A stretch of 64,000 bases of DNA, from positions 96,001 to 160,000 of the IMG/VR virus record IMGVR_UViG_3300035498_000877. The stretch is one strand, 5' to 3'. Shown one piece after another: positions 28,201 to 38,844 of this stretch. Every line of letters begins with the position of its first letter. Position 1 is the stretch's first letter. The notes beneath the pieces are model-generated. The model was not told the DNA's origin. It saw only the letters and a program-made list of their open reading frames with translations, and ran no database searches. The position numbers were made by a program, and so were the translations under genes. The DNA comes from a virus (taxonomy: Duplodnaviria; Caudoviricetes).

Positions 28201-30004
28201 TAGCTCTTAATACCTTTGATCCATTTCCTGATGCAGTTAATTTTGCTGATGTAGAAAATACATTATTATTATATAATAATTCCCAGATAATTTCTTTCTT
28301 CTCAGCATTGCTAGGTTTAACTGTTCCTGATAAAATATAATCAGTATCTGTTTCAATTACAGTTGGAACATTTTCAATACCAGTGACTCTAACATATTGC
28401 TTTATATCAATATTAAGAGTATCACTAAAGATTTCCCCATTAACAGGTGCTGTTTTTGCGACTATAGTTGATCCAGTAATATCTTTATCAATATGGATAT
28501 ATCCATGATTATCACGACTGAAATTTCCGCTACTATCTTTTGCTGAAGCAACTGGGTAATCATCTAATGCAACTATTAATGTACCTTTTTCATCCAAACG
28601 ACATAATTGATCATCAGTCTTAAGGTACCATGTTATTGATGGTAAGTCTGCATCGGTTGGAATTGGATTTGCAGTTAATTGGTATTTATTTGTTATTTCA
28701 TACACTGACGTTGATGAAGTAATTTTAATACCAGTTAATTTTGGTTTTACGATAACCTGTGAAATGCTTGTATAAACATCATTTGCACCGGGGCTAGATA
28801 ATTTACAGAAATAGTAGTAAGTTCCAGATGTTGTTGATTGAGGAATCACGTATGTCGAATTTGTTTCTCCCTCAAGCAATGTAGCACCGTTAGTACTATT
28901 AATGCTATTTCTATACCATTGATAATATATAACATCACTTGTTGATTTAGCGACAACTGATAATTGTTGATTTATATTATCAAGAGTAATATATGAATAT
29001 GATGATGGATTGGTAACAATTGTTATTACATTCTTTTTAGCAGTAATTGTAAAATCTTGTGTAAAATTAGATTTAACATTATTTGATCCATTGACTGCAT
29101 TATTCAAAGTAGCTCTAATTTTAATTGTACCTGCAGTATTTGTTAAAATTATATTATCATTGATAGCGGCAGTACCTGATACTACCGACCATATTATTGA
29201 TGATACTGAAGCATTATATGGAACCACCTGTGCCCCTGATAAATTATATGGAACTCCTGTTAATATTTCTGCAGGAACATCAATTATCTTTGTTACAGAT
29301 ACAAATGGTACATCATCGATATAATTCAAACGAAAATAAGCATTTTGACTCATATATACTAATATACATGGAGAATTTGCTGGATAAGATGAATTCATAT
29401 CAAATAATACTACAGCACAATCTAAATTAGTTTTTACAACTTGGGGATTCGATAGTTTGATTATAGTTCCATCACCCATTTGTACACCCCAATGTGATGA
29501 ATCCCGAGATATATAAAATTCAATATTGGGAGCTTGAGGGGGATATGAAAATGTTGCTAATAATTTATCAGTATTACCATTTTCATCAGTAGTAGCTCCA
29601 TAGTTATTAGTTGTGAATGCGAAATTTCCTGATGCATGCTGTTTAAAAGTAACCTGCTGATCATCCTGATATGAAATCTTAAATCTAGCAGTATCACTTC
29701 TATATACTAATAAACACGGAGAATTAGATGGGTATGATTTACTCATATCAAACTGAACAATCGCACTATCTCTATTAAGATATAAAAGTACGGGGTTTGA
29801 AAGGGGGATGATAGAACCATCCCCCATTTGTGCACCCCAGTCATTATTATCAGTACTAATATGAAAATTTATATCAGATGGCTGATGGGGAAATCCAATC
29901 GAAAACATGCATTTACTAACTTGACCATTAGTATCAGATAATCCACCAGATATGCCATCAATAGTAAATCCACAATATCCAGTTTGTTTATTAATGACTG
30001 CCAT
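25223..30004 (-). CDS. Large adhesin/tail protein with multiple Ig-like (Big_2-type) domains and C-terminal BspA/DUF285-like LRRs
   Basis: Repeated VxPxNAxxKxIxW...G...I.AT Ig motifs; YQWY Ig; 26-aa FLxGCTSFNQxLTIPSGVTG repeats. Confidence 0.78.
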   Translation of the reverse strand: MAVINKQTGYCGFTIDGISGGLSDTNGQVSKCMFSIGFPHQPSDINFHISTDNNDWGAQMGDGSIIPLSNPVLLYLNRDSAIVQFDMSKSYPSNSPCLLVYRSDTARFKISYQDDQQVTFKQHASGNFAFTTNNYGATTDENGNTDKLLATFSYPPQAPNIEFYISRDSSHWGVQMGDGTIIKLSNPQVVKTNLDCAVVLFDMNSSYPANSPCILVYMSQNAYFRLNYIDDVPFVSVTKIIDVPAEILTGVPYNLSGAQVVPYNASVSSIIWSVVSGTAAINDNIILTNTAGTIKIRATLNNAVNGSNNVKSNFTQDFTITAKKNVITIVTNPSSYSYITLDNINQQLSVVAKSTSDVIYYQWYRNSINSTNGATLLEGETNSTYVIPQSTTSGTYYYFCKLSSPGANDVYTSISQVIVKPKLTGIKITSSTSVYEITNKYQLTANPIPTDADLPSITWYLKTDDQLCRLDEKGTLIVALDDYPVASAKDSSGNFSRDNHGYIHIDKDITGSTIVAKTAPVNGEIFSDTLNIDIKQYVRVTGIENVPTVIETDTDYILSGTVKPSNAEKKEIIWELLYNNNVFSTSAKLTASGNGSKVLRASNIGYLRVQATIKNGLRPNEGSAYETVNGYFVSSSNKFYRDASYTTEIAGEEYKIYIDATSSDRYMYSAEKNTYTKIIYDYVEVFDIQVINKYYPINDIIMTGYNGSYNSGEFCRLKFVASWDTSVTNYPSYTNVTAAITSKGSTDAILYDDGIFTATKSGVAKITATVKNGKAIGEDFTKEFSISVNGAFIVAEGISGVPSTWDKVSEPLSLASATVSPSTASVKTIEWELVNPTPANVTFDKNTKTLSIAADSVTWWEENPDYVNSSSEDDTQDSFYIEAFDDKTVELKATVKGGGANKSDAEFKVEIVLIFPDAPSAHINLENVKLEYPSIIRAKRPIILSMAEKDPWNASTGDGGIIISYSRNINDNNRDPDNGLLNATGGMGLQFLPYTQDAATWKETYNVTMDSEYDWDYKAPEGSKDSYDYFYNFEDGDFYEVTQSASAIQQVNDAGETSYVNYETFRTVTFLPEYIPVADIINIPSSFPTNVRMVLGPECETNLSVVARDTQTYDTEIPSYSDVSWSIVDKGSTNASISNGVLTATAAGTCKIRATVANGTKEEYTWYATGKFDKDVENGYLYKGTFYSSYDSDNSAYKDEITPDSNKIYNNILASNVNNKYYKWDGSAYNKVSKDEHKYYKHTGESYTQDFNINFYAPSTHKYEVLKLTLSNNNTVSIFNEEEIYNLSNNLPANTTITAGGSSFTKNQVTKISFWSSKVIEKKLKDKVNPGDPDEYEEKEIDNPETYSITSLANFARNFTSLTSIDRIPDSVSGGGSLRNFLAGCTSFNQSLTIPSGVTGARCLEGFLKGCTSYNQAITIPSGVTGERCLEGFLDGCTSFNQDLTIPSGVTGDKCLMKFLHGCTSFNKPLTIPDKKTEGSTIIHPGVSGRQCLDHFLWKCSSFNQDITIPDSISGDANMRSFMLDTSSYTATVTVSSDAVDKIEGNGLTLSQYDRGNAYDVGIQIAGTGADKFIEKFRNMLSVSPLRNLKKKG
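25560..25930 (-). repeat. Coding tandem repeat, ~78-bp unit (LRR)
   Basis: ccagttacacc(g/a)ctaggtat recurs at ~78-nt spacing. Confidence 0.7.
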
Positions 30005-30019
30005 AGGTATTCCTCCTTA

Positions 30020-33000
30020 TTAAAGTTCTTTAATTGTATAATAAGCTTTGTTGGTTCTATATACAAGTTGACATGGAGAATTAGAAGCATACCAGTTATC
30101 ACCCAATGAGAATTCTGCAACAACACTTGTACTAGTTGTTGAGATTGTTGCTGAATATGTTGCTGGAATAATTGTTCCATCACCCATCTTAAGACCCCAG
30201 CAATTTGTATTAGTTGCAAAATCAACAGTAATATCATTTGCTTGCTGACTGAAGTTAATAGTAATCCATGCTCTATTAACATTTCCAGATGTTGATATAC
30301 CACCAGAACCTTGAGTGGTAACACCATTATATCCAGATAGTTTATTTATAACCGTTTCGTCGCTAGTATCTTCAGCTGGATTTGGGTTAGCCCCAATAGT
30401 GAGTCCACCATTAACAAGTAATCCAGTACCAGGAACAGGATTGATCAATCTCCAATATGTTCCATCAAATACAAATACATGAGTGAAATTCTTTCCAATC
30501 ATATAATTTGATACTGCTTCGCCAGCATATATAACTTTTGCTGCTCCAGTTCCATTGACATCCAACGTAGTATTATTATCTTTTCCACTTCTATCTTCTT
30601 CATCAAATGTTAATGAAACAGTACTACCAATTTGACGAATAAATACAACTGGATCCATATAAGTTGAAACCAATGTTGCAATCTTAGCAGCTGTATATTT
30701 ATCAGTATGACAATAACCTTTTGCAACACCAACAGCATTTCTACGTACCCACTCAGAAGATACAATTGAGTTAGAATTATCAGAGTCTTTTAATGTCTGA
30801 ATACCTGTTGGATTTTCAAGGTTCCAATTAGTTCCATCATATGTGAAAAGATAAGTATAACCAGCTCTTATCATCTCTGATAAAATATTCATTCCACCAT
30901 ACTTAATAGGCTTAGGTCCTGAACTCTCAAGGTCAGGAATATCAAGATAATAAGTATCACCAGTTTTACCATTTGCACTATCAGCTTGTTCTTTAATCGC
31001 ATCTTTACTAAATGTGATTGATACTGTAGATCCTTGCTGCATCATAAATACTGCAGGTTTAACAAACCTCATATCAAGTACTACTGTCTTTATTTTTACA
31101 TCTGTATCAGTATCACATCTACCAAATGCAACACCAACAGCATTACGTCTAACCCATTCAGTAGTTGCAATTCTATTATCATTAGAATCATCTGGAGCTA
31201 TAACAGCTCTTGGTTCTCCAGTCATTTCATACTGATTATGTTCAACATCAGGCCAATGAATAGGAGCACGAGAAATATCAGTAGGATGCCTATGATCTCC
31301 TCTAGCATAATATCCATCATCTGTACCCTTAGAAGGAGATCCATCCATCAATGGTTCAACATCAGTTGCTCTGGTATGTCCAAATACTGATACCGTTGCT
31401 CTACCAAATGTAGATCCAGAAGGAGATGTATGAACTCTAGGAGCTTTAATCTCATCTAAATATCTACCCATATTAGCTGATAATGCTGCTAATGAATCAG
31501 TAGAGTCCAGATTATCTATAACCTCAAGTCCTTCCATATCATTAATGATTTGAATGACATCGTCAATATCAGCTTTCTTAGCATTCAATATTCTACCTTG
31601 ATTTGCTGATAATGGTCTATCAGTCTCATATGATATAAGATTATCAATTACGGTATTATGAACATATTCAGTTGTAGCTATTCTGGTAGATACATCAGTT
31701 GCATTCTGTGTTGTTGTAGTAGGTGATCCTTTTAGATGTACTGACTGAGCAATTTCTGTTTCCGTAATTGAATTAGGAACAATAGTTGCTTTGATAGTAC
31801 ATGTATCCTGATCAACTTCTACATTGACATTAGTACTTAATGAACCCATATAAATTCTAATAAGTGAAGATAGATCTACTCTACGTTCACTTCCATCTGG
31901 CAATACGAGTACTAATTGATTTTCAGCTCTATCACAATATGTCTTCTCAAATATCTCAGCAATTGGGACATGTACTTCTAATAATGACCCATCTCTATAT
32001 TCATAAATAACAGAGCATTTATTATCATCCCAAGAAGCATTGACAAAAGCATTATAAGTATTAATATCACTAGTAAGTGCCTTGATGTTAGTTGTTAATT
32101 TATCAAGAGCAGCTTGTACTGCTGTAGATATAGGTTTATCCATATCTGAGGTATTATTAACATTGCCCAATCCTAATTGATCAGCTGTAACATTGTGAGG
32201 ATTATCAGTATTAGTAACATGATTGTTGAATGTAGATAATGGAACTGCACCAATCTGAGTAGCTGTTGTCCTGTGAGGATTATTGAAATCATTGATATGA
32301 TTAAACATATCAATTTTAGCTTCATCAAGTGCAGATATCTTCTCTAATATAGAAGTAATATTATTATTTGTAATCTCAAATTGCCTTGTGACAACTTTCT
32401 GGGTTACAAATCCATCTTCATTCTCACCAAGTTCATTATACCATTCAGGTCTATTCTTTATATCTGACCAATCTACCACATTAGCAGGCAATGTTTGACC
32501 AGCTAAAGCCATATCATTAAATATATCAATAAGATCTCTCCAAGTAGTATCATAGTTTTCATCAGATATCTTAATAAGTAACTGACCAGATGTACCACCA
32601 ACTGGAACACCTTCACCATCTTTTCCATCTACATAATCAACACCTTTAACAGGAGTATATCCATCAGCTCCTTTAATATTAACTGGTGTAGGTGCTTCAT
32701 CTACTTCTTTAGATAATGACCATGATAAATTAAAATCTTCATCTACTGAAGGGTACCATACTTTATCACTAACTCCTGATCCACCAATTGCTTCATCGTT
32801 TGTTTCTCCAGAGAATAATTTAATAAATCTTCCCTGTACCCAAACATACATTGTTGTTTCAGGATATTTAATTACCATATCACCAGGTGTCATTGATTCA
32901 AATCCAACTTCTTGCCATGCTTGTCCGGCCAATTTAACATATATAATACAATCTTGAGTTTCATTCGTCTCATGATCAGTTGCAGGTATTAATGCAAAAT

Positions 33001-33799
33001 ATGTTAATGAAGGATCTGAAACATCTGGGAAATTATCACCATATTCAAGAATATAGTTAGGATTCCAATTTCCTGAACTATACTCTACTAATGATGCTTT
33101 ATAAGTTCTATCATTCCATAAGATATTCTTATAGTTAAAGAATGATTCTCTCAAGTTAGCAAATGTATCATCAATCTCTTCTCTTGTGTATGTTCCAACC
33201 TGATGTGCCGTAACATTATGAGGATTATTAAAATCATAAATATGATTTTCGAAATCAGATTGATTTGCTTTATTATTCCATAATCCTCTTTCTTTCTCAG
33301 TAATATGTAATGATGTATTTTGAACATGAGCATTGAAAGAAGATAATGGAGCCATTGAGTTCCATTTACTGCGTTCTGCATCAGTCATATGAATTGATTT
33401 ATCATTTGCATGTGAATTGAATGCAGTTACTGAAATCTTTGTATCTAATGCATCTCCAATAGCTTTCTCGCTAGGTATCTTTTTAGTAGATCTTTGAGAT
33501 GCATCAGAGTTAATTGAATTAATAACTTCAAGAGCACCAATCTGTCCTCTGACTCCAGACCATGTCATTATTTGCCCTGGAATACCAGGATCAATAATAT
33601 CTTGTTTTAAATTTATAAGACGATAAATTGAATCTATCTCATCTTTTAATGTAGCAGAGTCATCGTCTGTAGTTTGATGTACAGCTTCATACACTGTAAT
33701 TGGGTATGAATAGTCATAATCATAGTCAGGGATTGGTTCTTGATCGTTAACTAGCCAAATTCTTGATTGGACTATAGTTCTGTTTCTTAGTTCACCCAT
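30020..33799 (-). CDS. Long tail fibre/baseplate-attached structural protein
   Basis: NPHNVTAxQ, GLGNVNNTSDMDKPIS, RIATTE and SANMGRxL motifs; duplicated EWVRRNAVGVA...GSTVS domains. Confidence 0.75.
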   Translation of the reverse strand: MGELRNRTIVQSRIWLVNDQEPIPDYDYDYSYPITVYEAVHQTTDDDSATLKDEIDSIYRLINLKQDIIDPGIPGQIMTWSGVRGQIGALEVINSINSDASQRSTKKIPSEKAIGDALDTKISVTAFNSHANDKSIHMTDAERSKWNSMAPLSSFNAHVQNTSLHITEKERGLWNNKANQSDFENHIYDFNNPHNVTAHQVGTYTREEIDDTFANLRESFFNYKNILWNDRTYKASLVEYSSGNWNPNYILEYGDNFPDVSDPSLTYFALIPATDHETNETQDCIIYVKLAGQAWQEVGFESMTPGDMVIKYPETTMYVWVQGRFIKLFSGETNDEAIGGSGVSDKVWYPSVDEDFNLSWSLSKEVDEAPTPVNIKGADGYTPVKGVDYVDGKDGEGVPVGGTSGQLLIKISDENYDTTWRDLIDIFNDMALAGQTLPANVVDWSDIKNRPEWYNELGENEDGFVTQKVVTRQFEITNNNITSILEKISALDEAKIDMFNHINDFNNPHRTTATQIGAVPLSTFNNHVTNTDNPHNVTADQLGLGNVNNTSDMDKPISTAVQAALDKLTTNIKALTSDINTYNAFVNASWDDNKCSVIYEYRDGSLLEVHVPIAEIFEKTYCDRAENQLVLVLPDGSERRVDLSSLIRIYMGSLSTNVNVEVDQDTCTIKATIVPNSITETEIAQSVHLKGSPTTTTQNATDVSTRIATTEYVHNTVIDNLISYETDRPLSANQGRILNAKKADIDDVIQIINDMEGLEVIDNLDSTDSLAALSANMGRYLDEIKAPRVHTSPSGSTFGRATVSVFGHTRATDVEPLMDGSPSKGTDDGYYARGDHRHPTDISRAPIHWPDVEHNQYEMTGEPRAVIAPDDSNDNRIATTEWVRRNAVGVAFGRCDTDTDVKIKTVVLDMRFVKPAVFMMQQGSTVSITFSKDAIKEQADSANGKTGDTYYLDIPDLESSGPKPIKYGGMNILSEMIRAGYTYLFTYDGTNWNLENPTGIQTLKDSDNSNSIVSSEWVRRNAVGVAKGYCHTDKYTAAKIATLVSTYMDPVVFIRQIGSTVSLTFDEEDRSGKDNNTTLDVNGTGAAKVIYAGEAVSNYMIGKNFTHVFVFDGTYWRLINPVPGTGLLVNGGLTIGANPNPAEDTSDETVINKLSGYNGVTTQGSGGISTSGNVNRAWITINFSQQANDITVDFATNTNCWGLKMGDGTIIPATYSATISTTSTSVVAEFSLGDNWYASNSPCQLVYRTNKAYYTIKEL

Positions 33800-33856
33800 A
33801 ACAATTTTTCACTCCTTTACGTAAAGATAACTTTAAAGTTTTAATAGGAGGTTCAT

Positions 33857-35815
33857 ATGGAAATTAATGTAGGAGATAGAGTCCAAATTAGATCTGGTGC
33901 TGTAGATGTCTCTAATGGTGTAACCGCCAAAGCAGGAAAAATGTATGGCGATGGTGGTCCATTATGGGCTACTATTGAATCAATATCAAGTGGATATAAG
34001 ACTAGCAATAAATATGGTTTACCATCTGTAATTACTAAAGTTAGATGTACAGATGCTACAGGAAATGTTGTAGTATGGCAGGTACAAGATTCTGATGTTG
34101 TAAATGTTATAAGTGCATCAGCTGCAAAAACAACTAATGTATCTGGAACTCCAGCTGCAAGTAGTAACTCAACCACAGTTAATACTGCTAATATGACAAC
34201 TCAAACTAAATCATCTAAATCATATAATACTGTAGAATCTAGAAGTGTATCATCTTTTGTTCCAGATGGTCGTACCGATAGAAATAACTCTGTCAATAGC
34301 AGTAGTGGACGAAACACATTGCGTGGTAGCTGGAACTATGGAACTAATTCATCAACGAAAACAGACGGTATTAATATATCAAATCCAACAGCAGCTGCTA
34401 CTAAAAAAATCACACCATCATCTATAGGTACTATTGAAGATATTGCATATCCAAATGCTGGTGGAACATGGAGAGATTTAACAACTAAAGAAAAAGCTAA
34501 TATAGGAACTAACCATTTACAAGTAGACACATCAGTACTGGATGGATCAAAGCAAAGAACATCTTGGCAGAATCCAGATAAGAAAGCTGAAATGCTTAAT
34601 AATAAACCTGATGAAATTCAAAACTCATCAGGATTCCCATATAAGATATCAGATCCAGCTAGTCAATTAGCAGCTAAATATGATTATAGAATATTACCTG
34701 GTGACTCTAGATATAGTAAGTCAGTTAGTTTGGAAACTAAACTTAGAGAAGCTAGAGCACAATTTGGAATACAAGTTCATGGAAATAATAATATTGGAAA
34801 AGCTGTTACATATTATATGTATAACAGGTATAAACAGCCTGATCCAAATATTGCATTAAGTAAATTAACAACCCATGTATTCTTTACAAGACCTGATTTA
34901 AATATATTGAGATGTAGTGGAGGTCAAGCAATTGATGCAGCAGATCAAGTTAAGAATCATACTGAAGCAGCTATGTTATTTAAGAGAAATCCAGAGATAT
35001 TCAAATTATTAACTGATGGAACTAGATGTGGTGATGGAAATAATTTTAATATGTTATTATCAAATCAAGTCGTTTCATTTCAATTAACTGATGAGCAATT
35101 AAGTACAATAGAATCAAATAAGACATGGAATGATTATTCTATATTTTATGGAGATGCATATAGTGGAAGAACCGGAGGAGAATTTCAATGTACATTCAGT
35201 GAATTATATGATTTATCAATCATCAATATGATAAAATTATGGATTACTTACATTGATAATGTATCTAGAGGTGCTTGGAGCCCTTCATATAATTTATTTG
35301 GATCTGGGGTTTCACATAATTCATTCTATGATAGCCATGTATATATGAAGGAACTAGATTATGCATGTGCTGTAAATGTTTTGAAATGTGGTCCTGAAGG
35401 AGAAGAGATTTATTATTGGACTAAATATTATGGAGTATATCCTATAACTACTGGAGTTAGTGCATTATCATATGATGCAACTCAAGGTATTAGTAATAAT
35501 TCTCAAATACCTATTACTTTCAAATATAGTTTCAAGAAAGATATGTCTCCAATATCATTAATAGAATTTAATGATACTGCAAATCTAGATTCATATGTAT
35601 CTATTGATTCATATAATCCTAAATATAATCAAAGCTATAGACCAATAGTTGGAGTTCCATTTATTGAAATGAGCTTGGGCAGCTCACAAATGAAAAATCA
35701 TGGATATAATACTAACAGGCAGAGTACTAACATCAGACTTAAATTTACAAGTTCAGATAAAGCTGATTCAGCTCTGAGTGATAATGTATTATTTAAAACA
35801 AATTTGCATAAATAA
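33857..35815 (+). CDS. Putative virion structural (baseplate/tail-tube-like) protein
   Basis: FFTRPDLNI and YWTKYYGVYP motifs recalled from jumbo-phage tail proteins; next to a baseplate gene. Confidence 0.5.
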   Translation: MEINVGDRVQIRSGAVDVSNGVTAKAGKMYGDGGPLWATIESISSGYKTSNKYGLPSVITKVRCTDATGNVVVWQVQDSDVVNVISASAAKTTNVSGTPAASSNSTTVNTANMTTQTKSSKSYNTVESRSVSSFVPDGRTDRNNSVNSSSGRNTLRGSWNYGTNSSTKTDGINISNPTAAATKKITPSSIGTIEDIAYPNAGGTWRDLTTKEKANIGTNHLQVDTSVLDGSKQRTSWQNPDKKAEMLNNKPDEIQNSSGFPYKISDPASQLAAKYDYRILPGDSRYSKSVSLETKLREARAQFGIQVHGNNNIGKAVTYYMYNRYKQPDPNIALSKLTTHVFFTRPDLNILRCSGGQAIDAADQVKNHTEAAMLFKRNPEIFKLLTDGTRCGDGNNFNMLLSNQVVSFQLTDEQLSTIESNKTWNDYSIFYGDAYSGRTGGEFQCTFSELYDLSIINMIKLWITYIDNVSRGAWSPSYNLFGSGVSHNSFYDSHVYMKELDYACAVNVLKCGPEGEEIYYWTKYYGVYPITTGVSALSYDATQGISNNSQIPITFKYSFKKDMSPISLIEFNDTANLDSYVSIDSYNPKYNQSYRPIVGVPFIEMSLGSSQMKNHGYNTNRQSTNIRLKFTSSDKADSALSDNVLFKTNLHK

Positions 35816-35832
35816 GAAAGGAGTAACATAGT

Positions 35833-38595
35833 ATGCTTGAACAAATTGGAGATGAGGATATCGTCGTTCAAAATTATACTAATAACTTTGATATCAAAGA
35901 ATATATACAAGATGAATTAATACCTGCAGCATTTCCTGATATTAGTGTGAGCAAACTAAATCTCGGATTTACTGGTATTATATCAGAATTTATGTCTCAA
36001 GTTATTGAGGATTCACAAGCCACTGCTTCACTTATGATGAATGAATCATTTATAACAAGAGCAGTATTGCAAGATTCCATATATTCGGAAGCATCATTAT
36101 TTGATCTGGGATATAGTTTTGCAGTTCCATCAAGATGTAATTTTGCTGTGCAATTATGGATAGAAGATATTTTAAAATATGCTAAAGCTGTAAAGAATAC
36201 AAGTACAATGCGTTATTGTCTCGATAAAGACACTAAAGTTGTATTAGGAGATAATACATATAAGTTTGATTATGATGTGTATATTGATTTTCAGTATATT
36301 GATGGAAAAAGAGTTTATAATGTCTATTATAATATAGAAGAAACTAATTCAATATCAATTATAACAAATAAATATATTAAGCATCAAGTAACATCAATCG
36401 GATGGTTAGTATTATTCGTAGAACTTCAAGAGTTTGATAGAAAGGTTGAAACAAATTCTATTACTGATAACTTAGTTACAGTAAATAGTGATATATCTCT
36501 TAAGTGGACTAGACAAATAGCTGGTATTGATTTGATTTATATAACTCCTGGCGGAGATAGACAAACAATGACACTTAAGAATATTTATACTAAAGCTCAG
36601 ATAGATCCATTTGCTTGGTATAAATTTAAAACAAATAATGAGATAGTACTTTCATTCTCAAATAATAAAGGATATTTTGCACCTGCATTCAATAGTAAGA
36701 TTGAATCAACTATATATACGTGCAATGGAGCATCTTCTAATTTTGATGAATATGATAATAAATCAGGATTACCAGTACAGAAGACAGGATCAAATTATTC
36801 ATATAATGCAAACACAAAGATGGTTGCATTATGTTATGGAGGTTCTACTGGTGGAGCTGATAAAGGAGATATTGAATTATTAAGAGATGATGTTATATTA
36901 GCTCATAATACAGCAAATGCAATATCTACTGATCATGATTTGGAATTATGGTTTAATAATTATGCTAAGAGATATAATACTAAAGCAGAATTCTTTAAAC
37001 GTAGAGATGATCCAACTGGTAGATTATTTTCACAATTCATATGTATTGTGAATGATTCATATATTTATCCTACCAATACACTATCTATAGATATTTCACA
37101 AAGTGATTGTGATTTTGTAAATACTGATAGTAATGGGATTGCTAATGAGTTTATTATTAAACCTGGGCATCTGTGGGAATATGCTGACAATGGTGATACA
37201 ATAGTTAGAGATAGATTAAGAATGATTACATCTTTAGATGGTGCTGCAATGGTTACTGATGATGCATTACCTCAATTGAACAGTAATAGACAATTTATGT
37301 TTGTTAATCCATTTTATATTAAGATATCAAGATCACCTGCAATATCAGCAATGTATAATTGTCTTATAGATCATACATCATATCCTGAAGATGTACCAGT
37401 AACTTCAGAATCATTTTATCAGTTCCAATTAGCAACATTCAGTATTGAAAGAACAATGTCTAAGAAATACAATAATAAATATAAGATACAAGTAATTTGT
37501 GTACCAGTAATTACTACTGATACTGATATTGATTATGTTGCTGGAATTGGTACTGAAGATTATCCATTATATGAAAATAATCTAAGAATGATTCTTGTTA
37601 CTAGATCTGCATCAGATGGTGAAACAGGATATATTGAAATGGAACCAGTAGAATTTCGTACTGGTAGTTCTATATTATTTGAAACATATATTGCAGTGCA
37701 TGATAATATAGATTCAGATATGATGCTTGAAATAGATATGGATAAAACTACTGGTATTAGATCGCTAATACAATCTGGTACTAGAAAAGGAAAAGTTTAT
37801 ATTGATGCTCAAGAAACATCATTCCATTTTATATGTCTCATCAAAGATTTCGATGGTAAAGCATCTGATCCAATATATAGTGACAGCAGATATAGTGGTT
37901 ATTTAGTAGCTAATAGATTTGCTAATTCACATAGAGATCTTACACTATATAAATCATTATCAATGATGAGATCAAATATTACATTTGCTGGAGATAATGG
38001 AAATTATAATGTTAGAGCTTCACTGATACCAATGTTAAGATATGATATACCACTTGATGATACAAAAATGGCTTATTTTATTAGAGCTTTTAATGATCAA
38101 TATACAGCTATGGAACCTGTAATAAACAAGTTGGATGGTAATTGCTCAATCGATTTTAAACTATATAATACATATGGAAGATCATCTAATTATTATATTG
38201 GGCCATCTGATGATAGTGATAATCTATATGATTCAAATATCTTGCTTGATAATGTATATGTAAATATTAGATTAGTAATATCAGTATATGATAGATCATT
38301 ATATACTCAGACAGTAGCTAATGTTACAAATGATATCATTAGTTATATTAATGATTTAAGTGATAATGATGAAACAGATCTACATGTATCAGATTTAATA
38401 CATGATATTATTGAGAATCAACCTAATGTAAGGTATTTGAGATTCTTAGGGTTTAACGATTATGATGCTAACAAACAATCAATATTTGTAAAGTATGATG
38501 ATATATCTGAACTTGATGAAAATCAGTTACAATGTAGGGTACCTGAATTAATTAGAGTTGATTCTGATAGTATAGAAATAACTGAGGAGACTTAA
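35833..38595 (+). CDS. Putative baseplate wedge protein
   Basis: 920 aa; ESFITRA...SIY, TCNGASSNF and GGADKGDIELLR wedge-like pattern. Confidence 0.55.
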   Translation: MLEQIGDEDIVVQNYTNNFDIKEYIQDELIPAAFPDISVSKLNLGFTGIISEFMSQVIEDSQATASLMMNESFITRAVLQDSIYSEASLFDLGYSFAVPSRCNFAVQLWIEDILKYAKAVKNTSTMRYCLDKDTKVVLGDNTYKFDYDVYIDFQYIDGKRVYNVYYNIEETNSISIITNKYIKHQVTSIGWLVLFVELQEFDRKVETNSITDNLVTVNSDISLKWTRQIAGIDLIYITPGGDRQTMTLKNIYTKAQIDPFAWYKFKTNNEIVLSFSNNKGYFAPAFNSKIESTIYTCNGASSNFDEYDNKSGLPVQKTGSNYSYNANTKMVALCYGGSTGGADKGDIELLRDDVILAHNTANAISTDHDLELWFNNYAKRYNTKAEFFKRRDDPTGRLFSQFICIVNDSYIYPTNTLSIDISQSDCDFVNTDSNGIANEFIIKPGHLWEYADNGDTIVRDRLRMITSLDGAAMVTDDALPQLNSNRQFMFVNPFYIKISRSPAISAMYNCLIDHTSYPEDVPVTSESFYQFQLATFSIERTMSKKYNNKYKIQVICVPVITTDTDIDYVAGIGTEDYPLYENNLRMILVTRSASDGETGYIEMEPVEFRTGSSILFETYIAVHDNIDSDMMLEIDMDKTTGIRSLIQSGTRKGKVYIDAQETSFHFICLIKDFDGKASDPIYSDSRYSGYLVANRFANSHRDLTLYKSLSMMRSNITFAGDNGNYNVRASLIPMLRYDIPLDDTKMAYFIRAFNDQYTAMEPVINKLDGNCSIDFKLYNTYGRSSNYYIGPSDDSDNLYDSNILLDNVYVNIRLVISVYDRSLYTQTVANVTNDIISYINDLSDNDETDLHVSDLIHDIIENQPNVRYLRFLGFNDYDANKQSIFVKYDDISELDENQLQCRVPELIRVDSDSIEITEET

Positions 38596-38614
38596 TAAAG
38601 GAGGATTGCATAAT

Positions 38615-38809
38615 ATGAACGCAGTAAACTTATCAGAAGTAGATGACTTACAGGAAACAATTGACAATCTAGATTATGGGCAGGAAGTTATATGGGAAGA
38701 TAGAACATATATAATACTTGCTGATTCAAAATCAAATAATATTTATCTTCATCCATGTGGATGTAATCCAGAATTGGAAGATATATCAATATCTGAATTG
38801 ATAAAATAA
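38615..38809 (+). CDS. Small hypothetical protein
   Basis: AAGGAGG RBS, ATG 38615. Confidence 0.6.
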   Translation: MNAVNLSEVDDLQETIDNLDYGQEVIWEDRTYIILADSKSNNIYLHPCGCNPELEDISISELIK

Positions 38810-38810
38810 A

Positions 38811-38844
38811 AATAAAGAGAGGGATATTAATCCCTCTCTTTATT
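38811..38844. terminator. Bidirectional terminator
   Basis: aataaagagagggat-atta-atccctctctttatt. Confidence 0.8.
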
